A model generated the notes under the pieces. It made no database searches. It saw only the letters and a list, made by a program, of their open reading frames with translations, and was not told the DNA's origin. From the NCBI GenBank assembly GCA_000708835.1, contig DF237056.1, positions 1 to 64,000 of the forward strand: DNA of 64,000 bases, read 5' to 3'. Both the position numbers and the translations under genes were made by a program. Position 1 is the first letter of the stretch, and every line of letters starts with the position of its first letter. Shown piece by piece: positions 1 through 14,100 of this stretch. The stretch comes from Klebsormidium nitens (lineage: Eukaryota; Plantae; Klebsormidiophyceae).

Positions 1-115
1 CCTTCAATGCCGAAATTCAACCTGGTTCGTCCATGCAGTTTGCTTAACCAAACAGACACCGGTGCTCCATTGCATCGACCTCAGAACTCCAAAAGCATAC
101 GAGAAGAGAAGGCTC

Positions 116-1573
116 CTAGTCGGTGTCGCTATCTTGTCCCTTTAGAAACTCTGATAATCTAACTGGCCCTTTGGGGCTGTTGTCCTGTCTACCAGAGGAT
201 GTTTTAGCCCGCCGTTTTTCCTTCTTTCGCCGTTTCCTGTCCCTTCGATCGTCAGAATCTGAGACTTCTGATCCCGAGGCTGAAGAAGAACTCTCATGCT
301 TGCGTCTTCTCTTGTCCTTCTCCTACAAAGAAGGGCGATATATGATGCTTCTGAAAAACCTTGCGATTTGGGGCAAAGTTGTGCTATATCTGGAGTTGAA
401 GACACATGAACAACAAGTTATTCTGTGCATCCCGCATGAAGCCGTTTGGTGGGCAACAGCTGCCCCAGCAGTCGGATGGGGCTGGTTGCTCTCCTAGGAC
501 CAGTATATGGGGCCGAAGAGAAAGAGTGGACTCAGGCGCCCAGGACGCTCGAGGGATTGATGCAAGTGGGAACTTACCCGACTTCTCTTATGCTTCCGCT
601 CCTTCTCCCGATCCTTGTCCTTTGTCTTAATTTCTGCAAAGTGCAACAGGTGTAAGTGGTGCGTACTTCTGGAAAGACTGCCCCAGAAACTGGCAGGCAA
701 GAAACCAAGCTCATCATTTGTCTCAACAGACAAGAAGCTTCCGCAACGTGGTTTCTTGAGAGACCTCCGATTGCAGACTCTGGTTCCACGTGAGATGGCC
801 AGACCCGCTGTGCGCGCTTACTCTTCTTGTCGCTCTTCTCGGGCGCATGGTTGGTCCCTCGCGCCAGCTTGGCTGCCCTCTCCGCGTCCAGCTGGGCGCG
901 GTACTCGCGCATCTTACGCTCCTCGTCATTCTCCGCCTCCGCTTGCTTTCTGGCGTCCTCCTGCACATGACCCCATGAGAAGCCGGCCCCACTGCTCCCA
1001 GCCACCGCGCAGCAGGACCCGCACTCCGACGGCAGCACTAGGGACAGAGCGAGGGCCAAGCCCAGCAGTGACGACCACAGGCAGCGCAGACTGTCGGGGG
1101 ATGCCAGGGTGCCGCAGTGCTCACCTTCTGCTTCAGCTTGAACTCCTCCCAGGTCATGCGCGTGGAATCCGTCAGCTGCGCTAGGCGGGCCGCGTGCCAT
1201 TCGGGGGAATGAAACGTCGCATCTGTCTGGCAAAACAGCCAGGGGTCACCGGGTCAAGCAGACGCACGAGAAGCAGAGACCAGGCTTTGGCCAATAAGGT
1301 AGCCGTTGGACCGCTATTAGATACTTGGAGCAGGGAGGGGTGGCAGTCGACAGAGGCAGGTGGTATTGCGGAGAGCAGCTCAGTGACAATTACAGCAGGT
1401 GTACCCAGTGGTATATCAGATCTTACACCCGCAAATGATGTTGACTGACCTAGCAACCAGTCACTGGTGGCGGTCCTCACCATTCCATCATTGAAGCCCC
1501 CCTCTTCCTCTCCGCCCCCGCCCCCGCCTCCTTTGGCGCGCTGGGCGGCCTTGTGGGCCTGATTTTTCCCCAT
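116..1573 (-). CDS. Conserved plant Lys/Arg/Ser-rich protein of unknown function (MGKNQA...FHSPEWHAARLA family), about 5 exons
   Basis: Spliced exons read MGKNQAHKAAQRAKGGGG..DGMV / DATFHSPEWHAARLAQLTDSTRMTWEEFKLKQK (~1225-1125) / EDARKQAEAENDEERKMREYRAQLDAERAAKLARGTNH / KTKDKDREKERKHKRSR / last exon 322-116 ending GPVRLSEFLKGQDSDTD*. GT-AG boundaries seen. Matches a land-plant family recalled from memory. Confidence 0.8.
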
Positions 1574-2609
1574 GAAATGCTCCCTTTATGCTCAGAGACA
1601 CATTCTTGACCTGACGAAGGCTTTCTCCCAGTCCCGAGCTTGTCCAACCGTGCAAATGTACGAACGTATGGTCTAATTTAGTGACACAGTTGCTGCCAAG
1701 AAATGAAGCACGACAAGGGCTTGGGAGTTCTGCAAAGATACCGCTCTGAAAATCGTCAGTCCTTCCCTTGATTCTTGACGCGCTGGAGAAGTGGTGCGGT
1801 CACAGGACCTTTGATCCTAGTTAATGTTGTCCTTTTCTAGATGTCGTTCTTTCAGAGAATCGACAATTAAGAAAGCGTCACATGCCTCCAGGGACGAATC
1901 CAATTTGAGAGGGGAAGAAATGAGAAAGGGAGAGAAAGAGAGAACCTCGTGCTGCGGCTATTTAATCTTCATACTCATTGACGCATCATTGACATTTTGA
2001 CAATTTTGTCAAGTCTCACATGACGAATGGGCGTTTGCTGCTCGTGAAGCGATCTTGCCCAATGCCAGCCATCTTTTTCCGTCACTGTCTCCAGGCGTAG
2101 GCGAACACGTCCCAAGCTGAGTACAAGCTCGAATTTGCTTTGCGCTCGACGATTATATGCTCTAGCAAATAACGTCTGGCAGTACGTGCTACGGTAGTTT
2201 CGTGCGTTGAGATTTACGCATAATCCACTGGACGCATTATGGTTCCCCTCGTATCAGCCGTTTCTAAATACTCAATTTGCCCCCAGTCCGATACAATATC
2301 CGAAGGGTTGCTTGCATGCTTGAAGTTGAAGTAGAATTTAAATTTGCAATTTGCAAGGGGCCAATGGCAAATGCAATCTGCAACAGTGCAAGCCTGTGCA
2401 AGGGTCGAAATGCAAGCAGCCAAAGGCACAGACGGCTGGCACATATACCAGGTAGATTGATCAGGTATGGTTACAATCTGCACGGCTTCTGCGAAAAGAA
2501 ACATAGAGAAGAGTTAAACGGATGCGCAGTTGAATCTGCCAAGTGTCGTGTGACTGGGGTGAGCAGGACCGCTGCACTGGCCCTCTAGGGCGGTTGCTCT
2601 CAGCGGGCC

Positions 2610-5600
2610 ATGGCATCGGCACGAAGATCCTTCACACCAAGCCCGGTAAGTCTCAACAACAAAACGTTACATCGCTTGGGTCCAAGTGCCGCCAATGGGG
2701 CACTGCCACCCATATCACTGAAGCATGGGTTCTCTTTCCTGACCTTCTAAGAAGAGCTAACATAGCGGTATGTTTGGTCCAGGCGTCCATAGGCCAGCAC
2801 ATATATCCAACGAAGCCACTCTTTGATTCTGATTTAGAGGACGCTGATTGAGAAGACAAGATTCTATAAAGTTGCTGCCATACGTGCTGGCCTATGAAGT
2901 ATTGAGACCTTATATGAGAGCTCTGTTGCTCAATCAAGGCCAGATTGATGGTGGTGGTCATTGATGAAGTGTGAAGTGTGGTAGTATGATGGTCCACTTG
3001 GTTCGTTGGCCCTGTCCGTCGCCATTTGGCTCCTTGTATGCCTCCAGTTCTTCATCTTGATGCGCCGCCCTTCTACCTGCAGGATGGCGCTGGGCCCTCT
3101 GCCACCCCCCCCCGCCGCCGTGAGCGCGATCGGCCTGCCCGCTCCTCGCGCACGTCCTCCACCGGCTCTCTGCCCCTCCTGCTCGATGCGGCAGACTTCA
3201 AGGTGCCCCCGCCGCCAGTCCCCTCCCTTGGTCTCTGCGCAGTCCATCAAGCCGCGGGGGGCTCCGATTTTGACTGGGTGCAACAATCTGACGACCAGGC
3301 ACATGGGGAGTGGAGGACTGTCAGCAGGCTGCCCCACATGTGTCATGTCCTTCTTGACAAGTCCTCCGCAGCCGTGTGCCCCATTGCATCATGCTTCTGC
3401 CCGGCCGCCCTGACGCTCCCTCGGCTTGTTTCTGCGCAGGGCACCTTCTCGTTTGACGCCTTCTTCTCCAGCCTGGTGGGCGACATCCTGCCCCCCCTGC
3501 CCCCCGACTCCGCCGAAGGTGCCCTGGACGGCGCAGCTCCTCCTGGGGCAGGGGGGGACGCGGGGGTCAGCTCGGTGCGCGCACCTTCGGGCCCTGCGTT
3601 TGCAGAGGCGGAAGCGCTGCTGCCGGTGTTCAAGGACGCGCGCAAGGAGCTGCTGGAGCTTAAGGGGCAGGTGAGGGGAAGCGGGCAGAGACACAGTGGC
3701 CTGGTGGCCATCACCAGAAAGAGGCATGTGCATGAGGTGGCCTCTGGACGGAGGCGAACTCTGTCAAGCTCATTGCTGTCCATGTCCTCAATCATGAAGT
3801 GGCCCAGGATGTCTTGACGCCTGCTTGTATTTGGCCGTGCACCCTTGTTGATACAGGGGACAAATTTCTCCCTTGCGTAAATAGCACAGATGGGGGATGT
3901 ATCAAGTCTCACTGCCGAGGTTGAAGTCAATCAACAAGAGCGTGAGGTCTGACACGCGGAGCGGATACATCAGGATAATTCTGGATGTCTTGCGGTTCAG
4001 AGCCCAAAAGCTGTGCCGACATGTCTGTTTGATCACTGCCCAAAAGCCTCCGTCTTTTGCAAAACAGCTGGCACTTTGTCATTCTGCTTGTTTCCAACCT
4101 TTCCAGTCCAGCTTTGTAACGTCCCATGTATCAAGACAAACGGCCTTGGTAGTTCTAAAAGCTTGAGCCCAGCTTGATTCATCTGGAAAGTCCCGCATGC
4201 CATGCCCACATGTCGATCACTCGAGATGCTCAGAGGCCTTCCCTCATCGCGGCTGGTGCAGGTGAGTGAGCGCGTGGCGCGGCTGGCGGGCGAGGTGTCT
4301 GCGCGGGAAGCGGCGCAGGCGGCGTCGCTGGCGGGGCTGGAGGCGGGGGTGGGCGCGCTGTTCAGCAGCTTCTCGCGGCTGGACAACCGCATTGCCGGGG
4401 TGGGCCAGACGGCGGCGCGCATCGGGGACCACCTGCAGGCGGCGGACGCACAGAAGGACACCGCGCTGCAGACCATCGACCTCATCCGCTACCTGCAGGT
4501 GACACCCTGCGCCAGACGTGGGCAGGCGACCGGCAGTTGTTGGTATTGTATAACGGAACATACTCAGGCTTCTAGCGGGAGACTCGAAGTGGCCTGAAGA
4601 GGTCTACGAAAAGATTGGGGGAGATAGGGAAGGAGTCCTCCAGGCATGCAAGTGGTCGTGAAAGTAGCAGCGAAAACGTGTTCTCCCGCACTTGACTCCA
4701 GGGACATCGTTCGCTGTACGTTGAATAGTAGCCCTTCGTTCGTGCCGAGGGGTTAATCTCAGCGCTCTATCGGAAGAGATTGGCCAGGTGCTCTTTCGGG
4801 GTGCACAAGAATTGGCTGCCGAAGTAGGCCTGCTACTCGTTAAAAACAGAGGCAGCTTGACAGACTGATAATGCACGTGCAACTTCGGTTGGACTTGACG
4901 TTCATTGGCCCAGTCATAGATCTCAAAGTCACCCCCAGGTCAGAGTTATCGAGGCTTTCTTTTCTTGCTTGGAATTTTGCGAAGATCAGGCCCTTTGTTT
5001 CTTATCCAAGTGCCCTCCCCTTCAGCCGTTCTTCTGTTGTTGCTGCACAGGAGTTCAACGAGTGCCTCCCCGGCGACTTCAATGACCTGGACCCGCTCTT
5101 CACCGACGACGCGCGCGTTGGCGAGGCCGCCACTGTCGCACAGAAGCTGCGCACATTCGCTGAGGAGCAGACGGGGGGGTCCGCCGCCGGGGGTGGGAAG
5201 CCCCCTCCGTCCGCGGGGAGCGGCCTGGAGGCGGCGGTGGGCAATCTGCAGGAGTACTGTAATGAGCTGGAGAACCGGTTGCTGGTGCGCTTTGACGTGG
5301 CGGCCGCGCGGCGCGAGCTGCCGGCCATGCGCGAGTGGGCGACGGTGCTGGGCCAGTTCAACCGCGGGAGCAGCGCCATGCAGCGCTACGTGGCCAGCCG
5401 GCCCATGTTCATGGACGTCGACGTCATGGCCGCCGACGTGCGCACCGCCACCGGGGGCGGAGACGGCGGCGCGCCCGCGCGGGGCCTGGCCGTGCTGTAC
5501 GCGGACATCGTGGAGACGGTCAAGAAGGAGGCCGCCACCGTGGAGGCCGTCTTCCCCAACCCGCGGGCCGTCATGGCGCTGCTCGTGCAGGTGCGTGCGG

Positions 5601-8600
5601 CAGGGGGGCAGGCGGAGAGACTGTCGGGGTCGGGGCTAATCGCCTATATCCGTCAACACGTGGCACATCTTTCGTTTGTGTGCTGTTCAAAAGATGGTCC
5701 GGATAAAATCAGCTGAGCGACACTCCGTCAACAGTGAGTAGATTGAAGAAAATCATGGCATCCTGAGTATTCTTTGCTTTAGAAGATGCTGCGCCGCCTC
5801 TTTCCTCACCTCAAGATTCTGGTTTGCCACCTACGAGCGTTCTCAGCTCCCCCCTGATCCGCTCATTTCCGCTGTCCCCCTCCCCCGTCCCGCGCAGCGC
5901 ATCCTGGAGCAGCGCGTGGTGCGTGTTCTGGACGCCCTGCTGCAGCCGCCCCCCTTGCCGCGCCACTCCGGCAGCGGTCCCCCCACCGGCGCAGCGGAGG
6001 GCACGCTGGGCTACCTGCGCACGCTGGCGGCCGCGTACGAGCGCACGCAGGAGCTGGCGGGGCAGTTGACGCGCGTCGGATGTGGCGATCTGGACTGTGA
6101 GGCGTTGGCAGACAGTTTGTTCAGCACGGCTCGCGACGACTATCTGGAGCACGAGCAGGCCAGCCTGGCGCAGCTCCTTGAGGCCAAGATGGCGGAGGCG
6201 CGCGCGGGGGGGGGCGACGGCGCCGTGAAGAAGGGCGGCCCCGGGGCGCTGTCGGTGGGCGTCGTGACGGACATGCTGCGCTGGAGCGAGGAGGCGGGCA
6301 GCCGCTGCCTGCTGCTCACGCGCGACCCGGGCCAGCTCGCGTGGAACGTCAAGCACGTCTTCACCACCACCGTCACGCAGGTGCGCCGCGACCACCTACA
6401 CGGCATTGTATGCACGCCCTGAGAGTCGCGTCGCCTCCTCAGTATTGACCTTCAGGTCCAGATGCAGCTCCTTGATTCGTTCGGCCATGTTTACCAGGGG
6501 CGCTTTGGCAAGCCGTCCTCAGCAAGTGAACTTCAGCGTTGCTTCTACTCGTCGCTTTCCATCCTCTTGTTTGGACCTTTGTGACCGTTCTACGTCGTAC
6601 GTTTTTAAACCCAGGATTAGTCTGCCAAGAGGGCACGCTTCATCACTGTTCTCTGCTGACCGCCCTTCCCGTGCCCCCCCGTCCAGGTGAGCCAGTACTT
6701 GCGAGAGGGCCTGGAGCGCGGGCAGGAGACGCTGAGCGACGCGGCGGCCAAGCGCGAGCGCTACATGATCGGCACGAGCGTCAGCCGGCGGGTCGCGGCC
6801 GCAGCGGCGTCCGCGGCAGAGGCGGCGGCGAATGCGGGGGAGAGCAGCGTGCGCGCGTTCATGGTGGCGGTGCAGCGCGCGACCATGGGGGTGGCGCTCC
6901 TGCAGCAGCACTACGTCACCAGCGTCGCGCGGCTCGTGCTGCCGGGGGAGGGCGATGCCGCGGCCTGCAGCCAGGTGAGGGGACGCGCACGCTGAAGAGG
7001 GATTGGACAGAGCCGCGGTGGCTGGAGTGCGGGGCAGCTGACACTCGTGATACTCTGAGTGCATGGTTGTGCTCCATGCTCTCAGGCAAGTTCTTCGAGA
7101 GGAAGCTGCTCCATCCTCGAGGATGTAGGAGGCAGTGTTTCTAGCTGGAAGCAGGAAATGGTCGTCGCCTTTTCCTGATCAAAATCCTCCTTTGCTCTAA
7201 CAGGTCAAAAGGGGCGGCCTTCAGTCGCTGAGAGATACCAAGTCTTGCCAGCCACGCCAAACTACAAATCTGAGATTGAACCTTTCCCCCTTGCGTCCTC
7301 GGTTCTTCCCTTGCACACTCCCCTCCGTCGCTGTTTCGCAGGCCATGTCTTCTGCGGTGGCGAGTGCAGAGGCTGCCGCGCTGGCGGGCCTGGGCGCGTG
7401 CGTGGACACGATCCTGGCGGAGGTGGAGCGGCTGCTGGCCGCGGAGCAGAAGCCGAGCGACTTCCGGCCGACGGCGGACGGCGCGCTGCCGGACCACCGC
7501 CCGACGGCGGCGTGCGTGCGCGTGGTGCAGTATCTGGCGCGCATCGCGGAGGCGGTGCAGGGCGCGCTCGAGGGGCTCAACAAGCAGAGCTTCCTCGCCA
7601 AGCTGGTGAGGAGCGGCGAGCGGCGCTTTGAGCAGATGATGCGGCTGGAGGCTGAGCTCACGGACCGTCTCTCTTTATCCGGGTTTAGATGCGGAAAGGC
7701 TTGCCCCGCATGGGGGTTGGGCAACTCCGAAATGCAGTCATTACTCGTCAAGGAGCGTGTCTACCTGTTTGCGGTTGATCTCTAAATATCGTCAAAAGGC
7801 TTAGACGGGGTGACAAAGTCGCACGAAGGTCGGGCAATACGACGCTGTTCTGGAGACAGGCTCCGGTGGGGAGCCCTGTTCCCTAGAGAACTCCGTAGTC
7901 TGTGTGCTTGCAAATCATGATCTTGGCCGCGGATCTCAGAGACCGTGCTAAGCGAACCGTTCTTCCAGGGTGCTGAGCCTCGCGACAATTCGTTGCGGTG
8001 CTCTTGCCCTGCTGTGCCTTGAGCGTGCGCTTGGCGTGTGCCTGCAGGGGAGCCGGCTACACAAGGCGCTGCTGGCCCACATTGCCCGTTTCACGTTCAA
8101 CCCCAGGTAGGCTTCCCGTTGTATGCGGTGCTGGCACCGCACGTCCTGAGTCGCAGCATAGCATCACGAAAGAGTGCTGCGGCCCTACGGCGAGTCGCCA
8201 GCTGCCATCTGAAGAACGATCCTTGATGCTCGTCCCAACTGCACAGGCGACCGTTTTCGGGACTGTCAGCTTCATCTTTAGCGTCTGACCCCTCCACCTG
8301 GAACCGCTGTGCACGCTTCGCTTTCCCCCCGTGCTTGCTGACGCCTGCCCCTCCCCCACAGCGGCGGCCTGCGGCTGAAGCGCGACATCTCGGAGTACGC
8401 CGACTTCGTGCGCACCTTCAAGGCCCACTCCGTCGACCAGCGCTTTGAGCTTCTCGGCACGTGAGTCGCCCCCGCGGCCAGCCTCGCCGCATACGATCGT
8501 GTGCTTGGAGCGCTGGGCTCGTGCAGCAGCCGTCCGCAGTAGACCCGTAGACCCGCCGCTTGCTGAGCATGGCCAGAGGCGACGCGGAGCTGCTCATGCC

Positions 8601-9313
8601 ACTCCGTCCTGTTTGCTCGGGAGGGCATGTCGTGTGGCAGCCGTCTGCTCTGCTTTGTATTCTGGGCGAGGCCCTGCTCATCGATGCCTGTTGGACAGAC
8701 CGCTCCTGCCTTAGCTGTTACGCGGGAGCCGCCTTGGCGGGTGTCCCTGCGTGCCTTGGTTGACACGCGTGTGCTGCTGTGCGTGCAGGCTGGTGAACGT
8801 GTTCGTGGTGGCCCCCGCGAGCCTGCCCACGCTCGTGGACGGCAGCCTGCGCAGCATGCACCGCGAGGCCGAGAGGTGAGCCCCGCCCCACAAACCCCTC
8901 GCCGCTGCCTCGGCGCAGCCACAGTAAAGCAGAGATTGGAATGGTGGTCTGAAGCGCTGCGGGGCTCGCCCAGAGGTGTGCTTGTGGATACGCAACAGAG
9001 GCGGCCTTGTTTGCCTTTAGGGGCATGTTGGCCACGTTGCTTGTGCCTCATCGAGCCTTATGTCGGCTTGCAAGCGTCTGCTTGTCCGGTGCACGGTTTT
9101 GATTATCAGTGCCTCAGGCCACGCAACATAGCAATGCACTTTGTGCTTCTGGATGCGAACAAGAAAACTGCTGGCAATGAACCTCATCTAGCAATTCGGC
9201 CAAACATCCATGCAGATCTGCTTGTCCTCTTTGTGCCTTGCAGATACATACAATTGCGTGATGACTACAAAACGGCCAACATAGCGGCGAAATTCACAGC
9301 AACGCCGGGGTAG
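2610..9313 (+). CDS. SEC10: Exocyst complex component SEC10 (EXOC5), multi-exon
   Basis: Exons encode LPLLLDAADFK/GTFSFDAFF, FSRLDNRIAGVGQTAARIGDHLQAADAQ, LQEYCNELENRLL..QFNRGSSAMQRYVASRPMF, DHRPTAACVRVV, GGLRLKRDISEY and IQLRDDYKTA, collinear with plant SEC10. The first exon 2610-2645 (MASARRSFTPSP, GTAAGT donor) joins in phase to the acceptor at 3083; this start is inferred. Confidence 0.95.
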
Positions 9314-11129
9314 TATGTCAAAGCGGCTCACCCTGGAAGCTTAGCACTTTTAAAGCTACGTTCTATATGAGCGTTGCTTCATTGTTTCACATGATGCGTT
9401 AAGTTCGACGAATAGAGCGCGTTGTCTTGTTCCCAGTCGCCGGAGCACAACGTCCGGCTTCAAGCTTGAAGTTGGTGTCAAAAGTATCCAGTCCTAGTCT
9501 AAATAGTTAGGCGACTCCTTCGAAATATGAGAGTCAGAGGGCAATGACGGTTGGCTTTAACGTGCAAAGCATTGAACGAGAAGAGTCTGGCAATATTGTC
9601 AATGGCACTTCATTGGGTTACAACTAATATAGGTGCGGTCGTGCTGTCGTACTTTCCAGCTGCAACTTGAAGTTTCAGTACAAGTCGTTTGGGTCCCGGT
9701 TTGTTCAATTTGCAATTGCGAAACTGGCACATATGCGTGACAATGGTTAGTAGCCCGGTCGGGGGAGCTCAGCTGGCACAAAAATTTTGGGCGCATGCAC
9801 GCCGCGTAACTGGACGACATTGCACAGCCTGTCTGAGACTCGGGTGGCCGGCCGGCCCACAATCCAATCATTCTAATTTGGAATGTTGACTGCAGTGCGT
9901 GGGACTCTCTGGCATGCGTGTTCGTAGACATGATGGACCAGGCCCGTTCAATGGTGCATTTCAGTGCACTGCCGGCCGTCCCGCGCATCATGTAGCCGAT
10001 CAATCATACATCGAGCATTCATTTGATTGCCGCGGCAGTATATATGCACCATAATCAATGGTGTTTTGTACGTACATGATCATGCGGGTGCCACTACAAG
10101 CGTCAGGGAGGCCCGCTAGAGCTTCGAGCCCTTTTTAATTGCATGGGATCCCTTTTGGTAAGTTGGCTTCACTTTTGTCATTCGATCCCACCAATTCTCG
10201 TAACGTTGGCGTCCCCCTGAAGGTGGCCGCCGCTCATCCGATGTGGCAAGTGGACCTTTTTTCGTTTTTGACTGGTGCTATACTGCCGTTCGTCTGCGCT
10301 CCCCAGTGACTCTAGTCTCGAGCATTGGACGCAGTATGTGATACTGACAAGCTGATGTCAGTATCTGTTGATGTCAGATGTGATCATTGATTTGAATGGG
10401 CCTTTGCTTTGCTTTGCTCTACGTGTGACTAATTTGCTTGTCGGCTGGAATTGTCAATCATGAATCAGCACAAGCGCATGCACAAGCCAAGAGCTCACAA
10501 GCCCATGCATACTATGACCGCACCCTAAAACCCTTTTACACATGTGTACTGTTCCGGATCATGGGGGCCAGCAGACAAGTTTCAATGGAATCCCATGATC
10601 AATCAGAGCCAGAAGGATCCTCTACATCGCTTCCATTCGTAAGGACCATCAATGGCGCGAGTTTGATGGCATGAAAATGCTCATGACGGCAACTAAGAAA
10701 ACACAAGATGACTTGTAAAGAACGTGGAACACAGGTGCCAATTTTTCCACCCATACAACCTAAAGCAAGCCCCCTGCCCCTTCGGTTCTATGGCAGCCCA
10801 CTGGGTGAAAACCAGTCCTGAACGCTTCTATAAACGGTGCCGCGACTAGACAAGACCTGGCAAGAACATCTGTAGAAGATGCTCAAAATAACTGATAGTG
10901 CCAACGGAATCAACGCCCTTCGCCTTGGAATCGTTGGACTGACCAGTAACACACGAACTGACCCAGACGAAGAATAAACTATCATGCAACGCCTACATGT
11001 ACCTTGTAACATACCTATAATAAGTAACCCGACTGATGCCAAAAGCACTTCTTGGAAAGATGTGTTCGTGAAGTTCGGAAGTGCACTGCAGGGCTTCGAT
11101 ATGCCAGCGCATACGCTTGCTTGCCTGCC

Positions 11130-14100
11130 TCACTGCTTGTTCCGGAGCTGCTCCTTGAGCTGCCTGGCCACGTCCTTTCCGGACTGCTTTGAGTAGCTGA
11201 CGGTCATGTAGATCTCGCCGTGCTCGTCCTCTGTCATCTTGGCATCGAGCTCCTTGCCCATGTGGCCGTGCTGCAAGACAAATAATAAAAGTTTTCTGAG
11301 GACAGTCGCAAAAGTCCATGTTACAACGTGGGTTTGAACGCGAGCAAAAAGAACGCTGAGAAGCTGGGAATACGAAGAGTAGTGCCAACCAATGATCTTT
11401 CAGATTTACTGCTAATTAAGTTCTGAACGTTACAGCAGGCAGTCCAAGTCAGGCCCCCGAACTGTGGTCGAAAGCCAGACAAGGGATCCCTTTGGCAGCC
11501 CCAGAGGTTGCCTGCTGTAGCGCTCAGCCAGCGTGCAGCCACGCCCTAGGTTACACGGGTCCCCTTGAGTGCTCACCATGCTAGCCCCAGGTGTGCCGGT
11601 GCCGCCATTCTCGGCCATGTGCTTCTTGAGGTCCGCAGCGACGGCCTTGCCCGTCTTGACGTTGTAGCTGAGCTGCACGACGTCGTCGCCGTGCTTCTCC
11701 TCCATCTCGTGCCCCTCGTAGTGGCTCATGTCCTTGACCAACACCTTGCGCCCGGCCTGGGCGTTGAAGATGTTGTACTTGTAGATGAGCCGGTACGCAA
11801 GCACCTGCAGTCACGAGCGCCGCAGCCAGCACCGTCAGCAGCGAGCGGGAGCCCTTTGCAGCAGGACATCAGCACAAAGCTCAACAAGTTCCTGTGCATA
11901 TACTTCGAATTGGGCTGTAGAGACACTGGAAAGAATTAACCTTGCAGACACTGATAAGACAGCCCTAGTCAGCAAGCACTTAACTCGTCAGCACACACCA
12001 CCTTGCAGGATTCGATCATATTTACGCAAGCTAGCTGCGCAGGGAGGCGGGGCCCTGACCTTAGCGGCGTCCTGGATGAACCACCAGACGATGCAGTAGA
12101 TCCACACCCAGATGGCCCACAGGCTGTAGTTGCCGCGCGCCAGGCCCTTGACCGCCAGGTCGTCCAGCTCGCCCGAGGGCCACACGCAGGCCAGGATCGT
12201 CGAGATGGTCAGAGCAAAGGAGCAGCCAAACATGAGCAGCTTGCCGGGGCGCTGCGTCCAGAACCAGCCCTGGGTGCGGGCGCTGAACAGAGTGAGGAAG
12301 TCGGACAGGGACACCTGCACGGGAGTGAGAGGAGAGTGGAGGTTGGCCTATGCTAAGCCAAAGAAAGTAGATTCGATTCTGAAACGAGCAGAGACAGCGC
12401 TAGCTCACTTACAAAGGCAGCTTCAAGCATGCAGTCGAACAGCGTCTCATCTGTTCAAGAGGCTTGTCAGGAAATGACAAAGGGCAGGGCAAAACGGACA
12501 CACAAGTCAGGGGCAACTGGTTCAACGGCCTTGCTTGCCAGGAAGCCGTGCAGCACGCGTAATCGGGTTCGAATCAGCCTCAGCCTCAGCCTCAGCCTCC
12601 GCCCAGTGCGAACCGTGCAGTACTGACCTTGAGGTAGATGAGCGTGGTAATCTGGCCGTACTCAATGTGGGGCAGCCCAAAGGCGTGGAACACGCCGCTC
12701 TGGTTGTGCGAGTCCAGAGCGCACCACAGCAGCAGCAGGGAGGAGCCGCAGGCGACGGCGGCCAGGATGGAGGACGTCAGGAACAGAACCTGGGGAGGAG
12801 GGGCCACGTCAGAATGAGAGTCGGACTGAAGCTCAGCGAACAAACAGACTGATACCACTTTGCAGCATCCAACCCGGCCCTGTGATGGCTGAACTAAAAC
12901 AAATACAGGGAGGCCTTTGTCCTACGTGCAAGGGCAAATGTATTTCTTGATGATCCGTGACCGCCTTGGTTCTTCCTGATTAGCCCATGAAGCACTCAAC
13001 AAGCAGCCAAGCAACACTGAGAACCAAGTGGAATACTTTCTTGCTGGATGTATGCACACCTTGAGGTTCCACTTCTCGGGCCTGTTTGAGGGGATGACGT
13101 AGTCGTATCCGATGGTGATGAGAGTGCCGTCGTTGAGCAGCGTGATGAGCATGAGCATCAACACGGGCAGCTGGAAGAACTTGGGCCTCGTATCATTCTC
13201 CTCGCCCATGTCGTAGTCGGTGGGGGGGAACGCAAACACGGCGATGAAGAAGAAGCACAGCAGCTGCAGCGTGGCAGCCACTCTAGCAGGACAATGAACG
13301 AGGCCGTCAGGGGGAGTGCTTTTCAGGCGCAAAAGACGTCAGTGGCAGACAATCGAGCTCCCAAAACAGTGCCAATCATACTCTGCATCCTGCGCCCTCA
13401 ACAACTTTCATGAGCTGATGCAACAAGCTGAGCACTGTCCCAGTAAGCATGTCAGCAAGCCTTTTCCACCTCATAATAACCAAACGGCATGCGACATTTT
13501 CCCTCAATATCGTGACCAGCGCAATCGGGTGCAGTCCTCCAGTACACAAGCTTTTGACAACCATACCTGTAGTTGATGAAGCTGAGCACTCGTTGGAAGA
13601 TGCAGCGGGCAATGATGATGGCCTCCACAACAACGCTCAACCCGGGGGACGTCAGCACAATGTCAGCCGCAGCACGAGCGGCATCAGTGGCACCTGCAGC
13701 ATGCAAGATACAAGATGGTCAGGCACCATGGCTCCGAGGCACTGGGGCTGCAGATTCTAGTGAAAGCAGACAATGCGTTTGTCACAATGGAGCTCGAGGA
13801 CAGTGTTCCACCAGGACCCGATTCACAGGCTGCTTAGCCCCTCAGCCGCAGTCAAGCTGCTCACCAGAGACAGCAATTCCAACGTCCGCCCTCTTGAGGG
13901 CGGGGGCATCGTTGACACCATCCCCCGTCATGCCCACAGTGTAACCCTCCTGACGCAGGGTCTCGACAATCAGGTACTTGTGCTCCGGGTAAACCTGCAC
14001 CAACCAAGCGCGCCAATCAGCACAGCAGATACAACATCAAAGGACAGTACAACAGCGGCTGCGCGGTTGGCACTAGAACCCCCTTCTTGAGCTTGTTGAC

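Noticed and set aside
4965-7064. Long overlapping and antisense ORFs over SEC10 exons
   Set aside because: Shadow frames caused by very high exon GC content; only one frame matches SEC10.
12511-12590. tRNA gene
   Set aside because: D-stem and acceptor-stem pairing cannot be formed.
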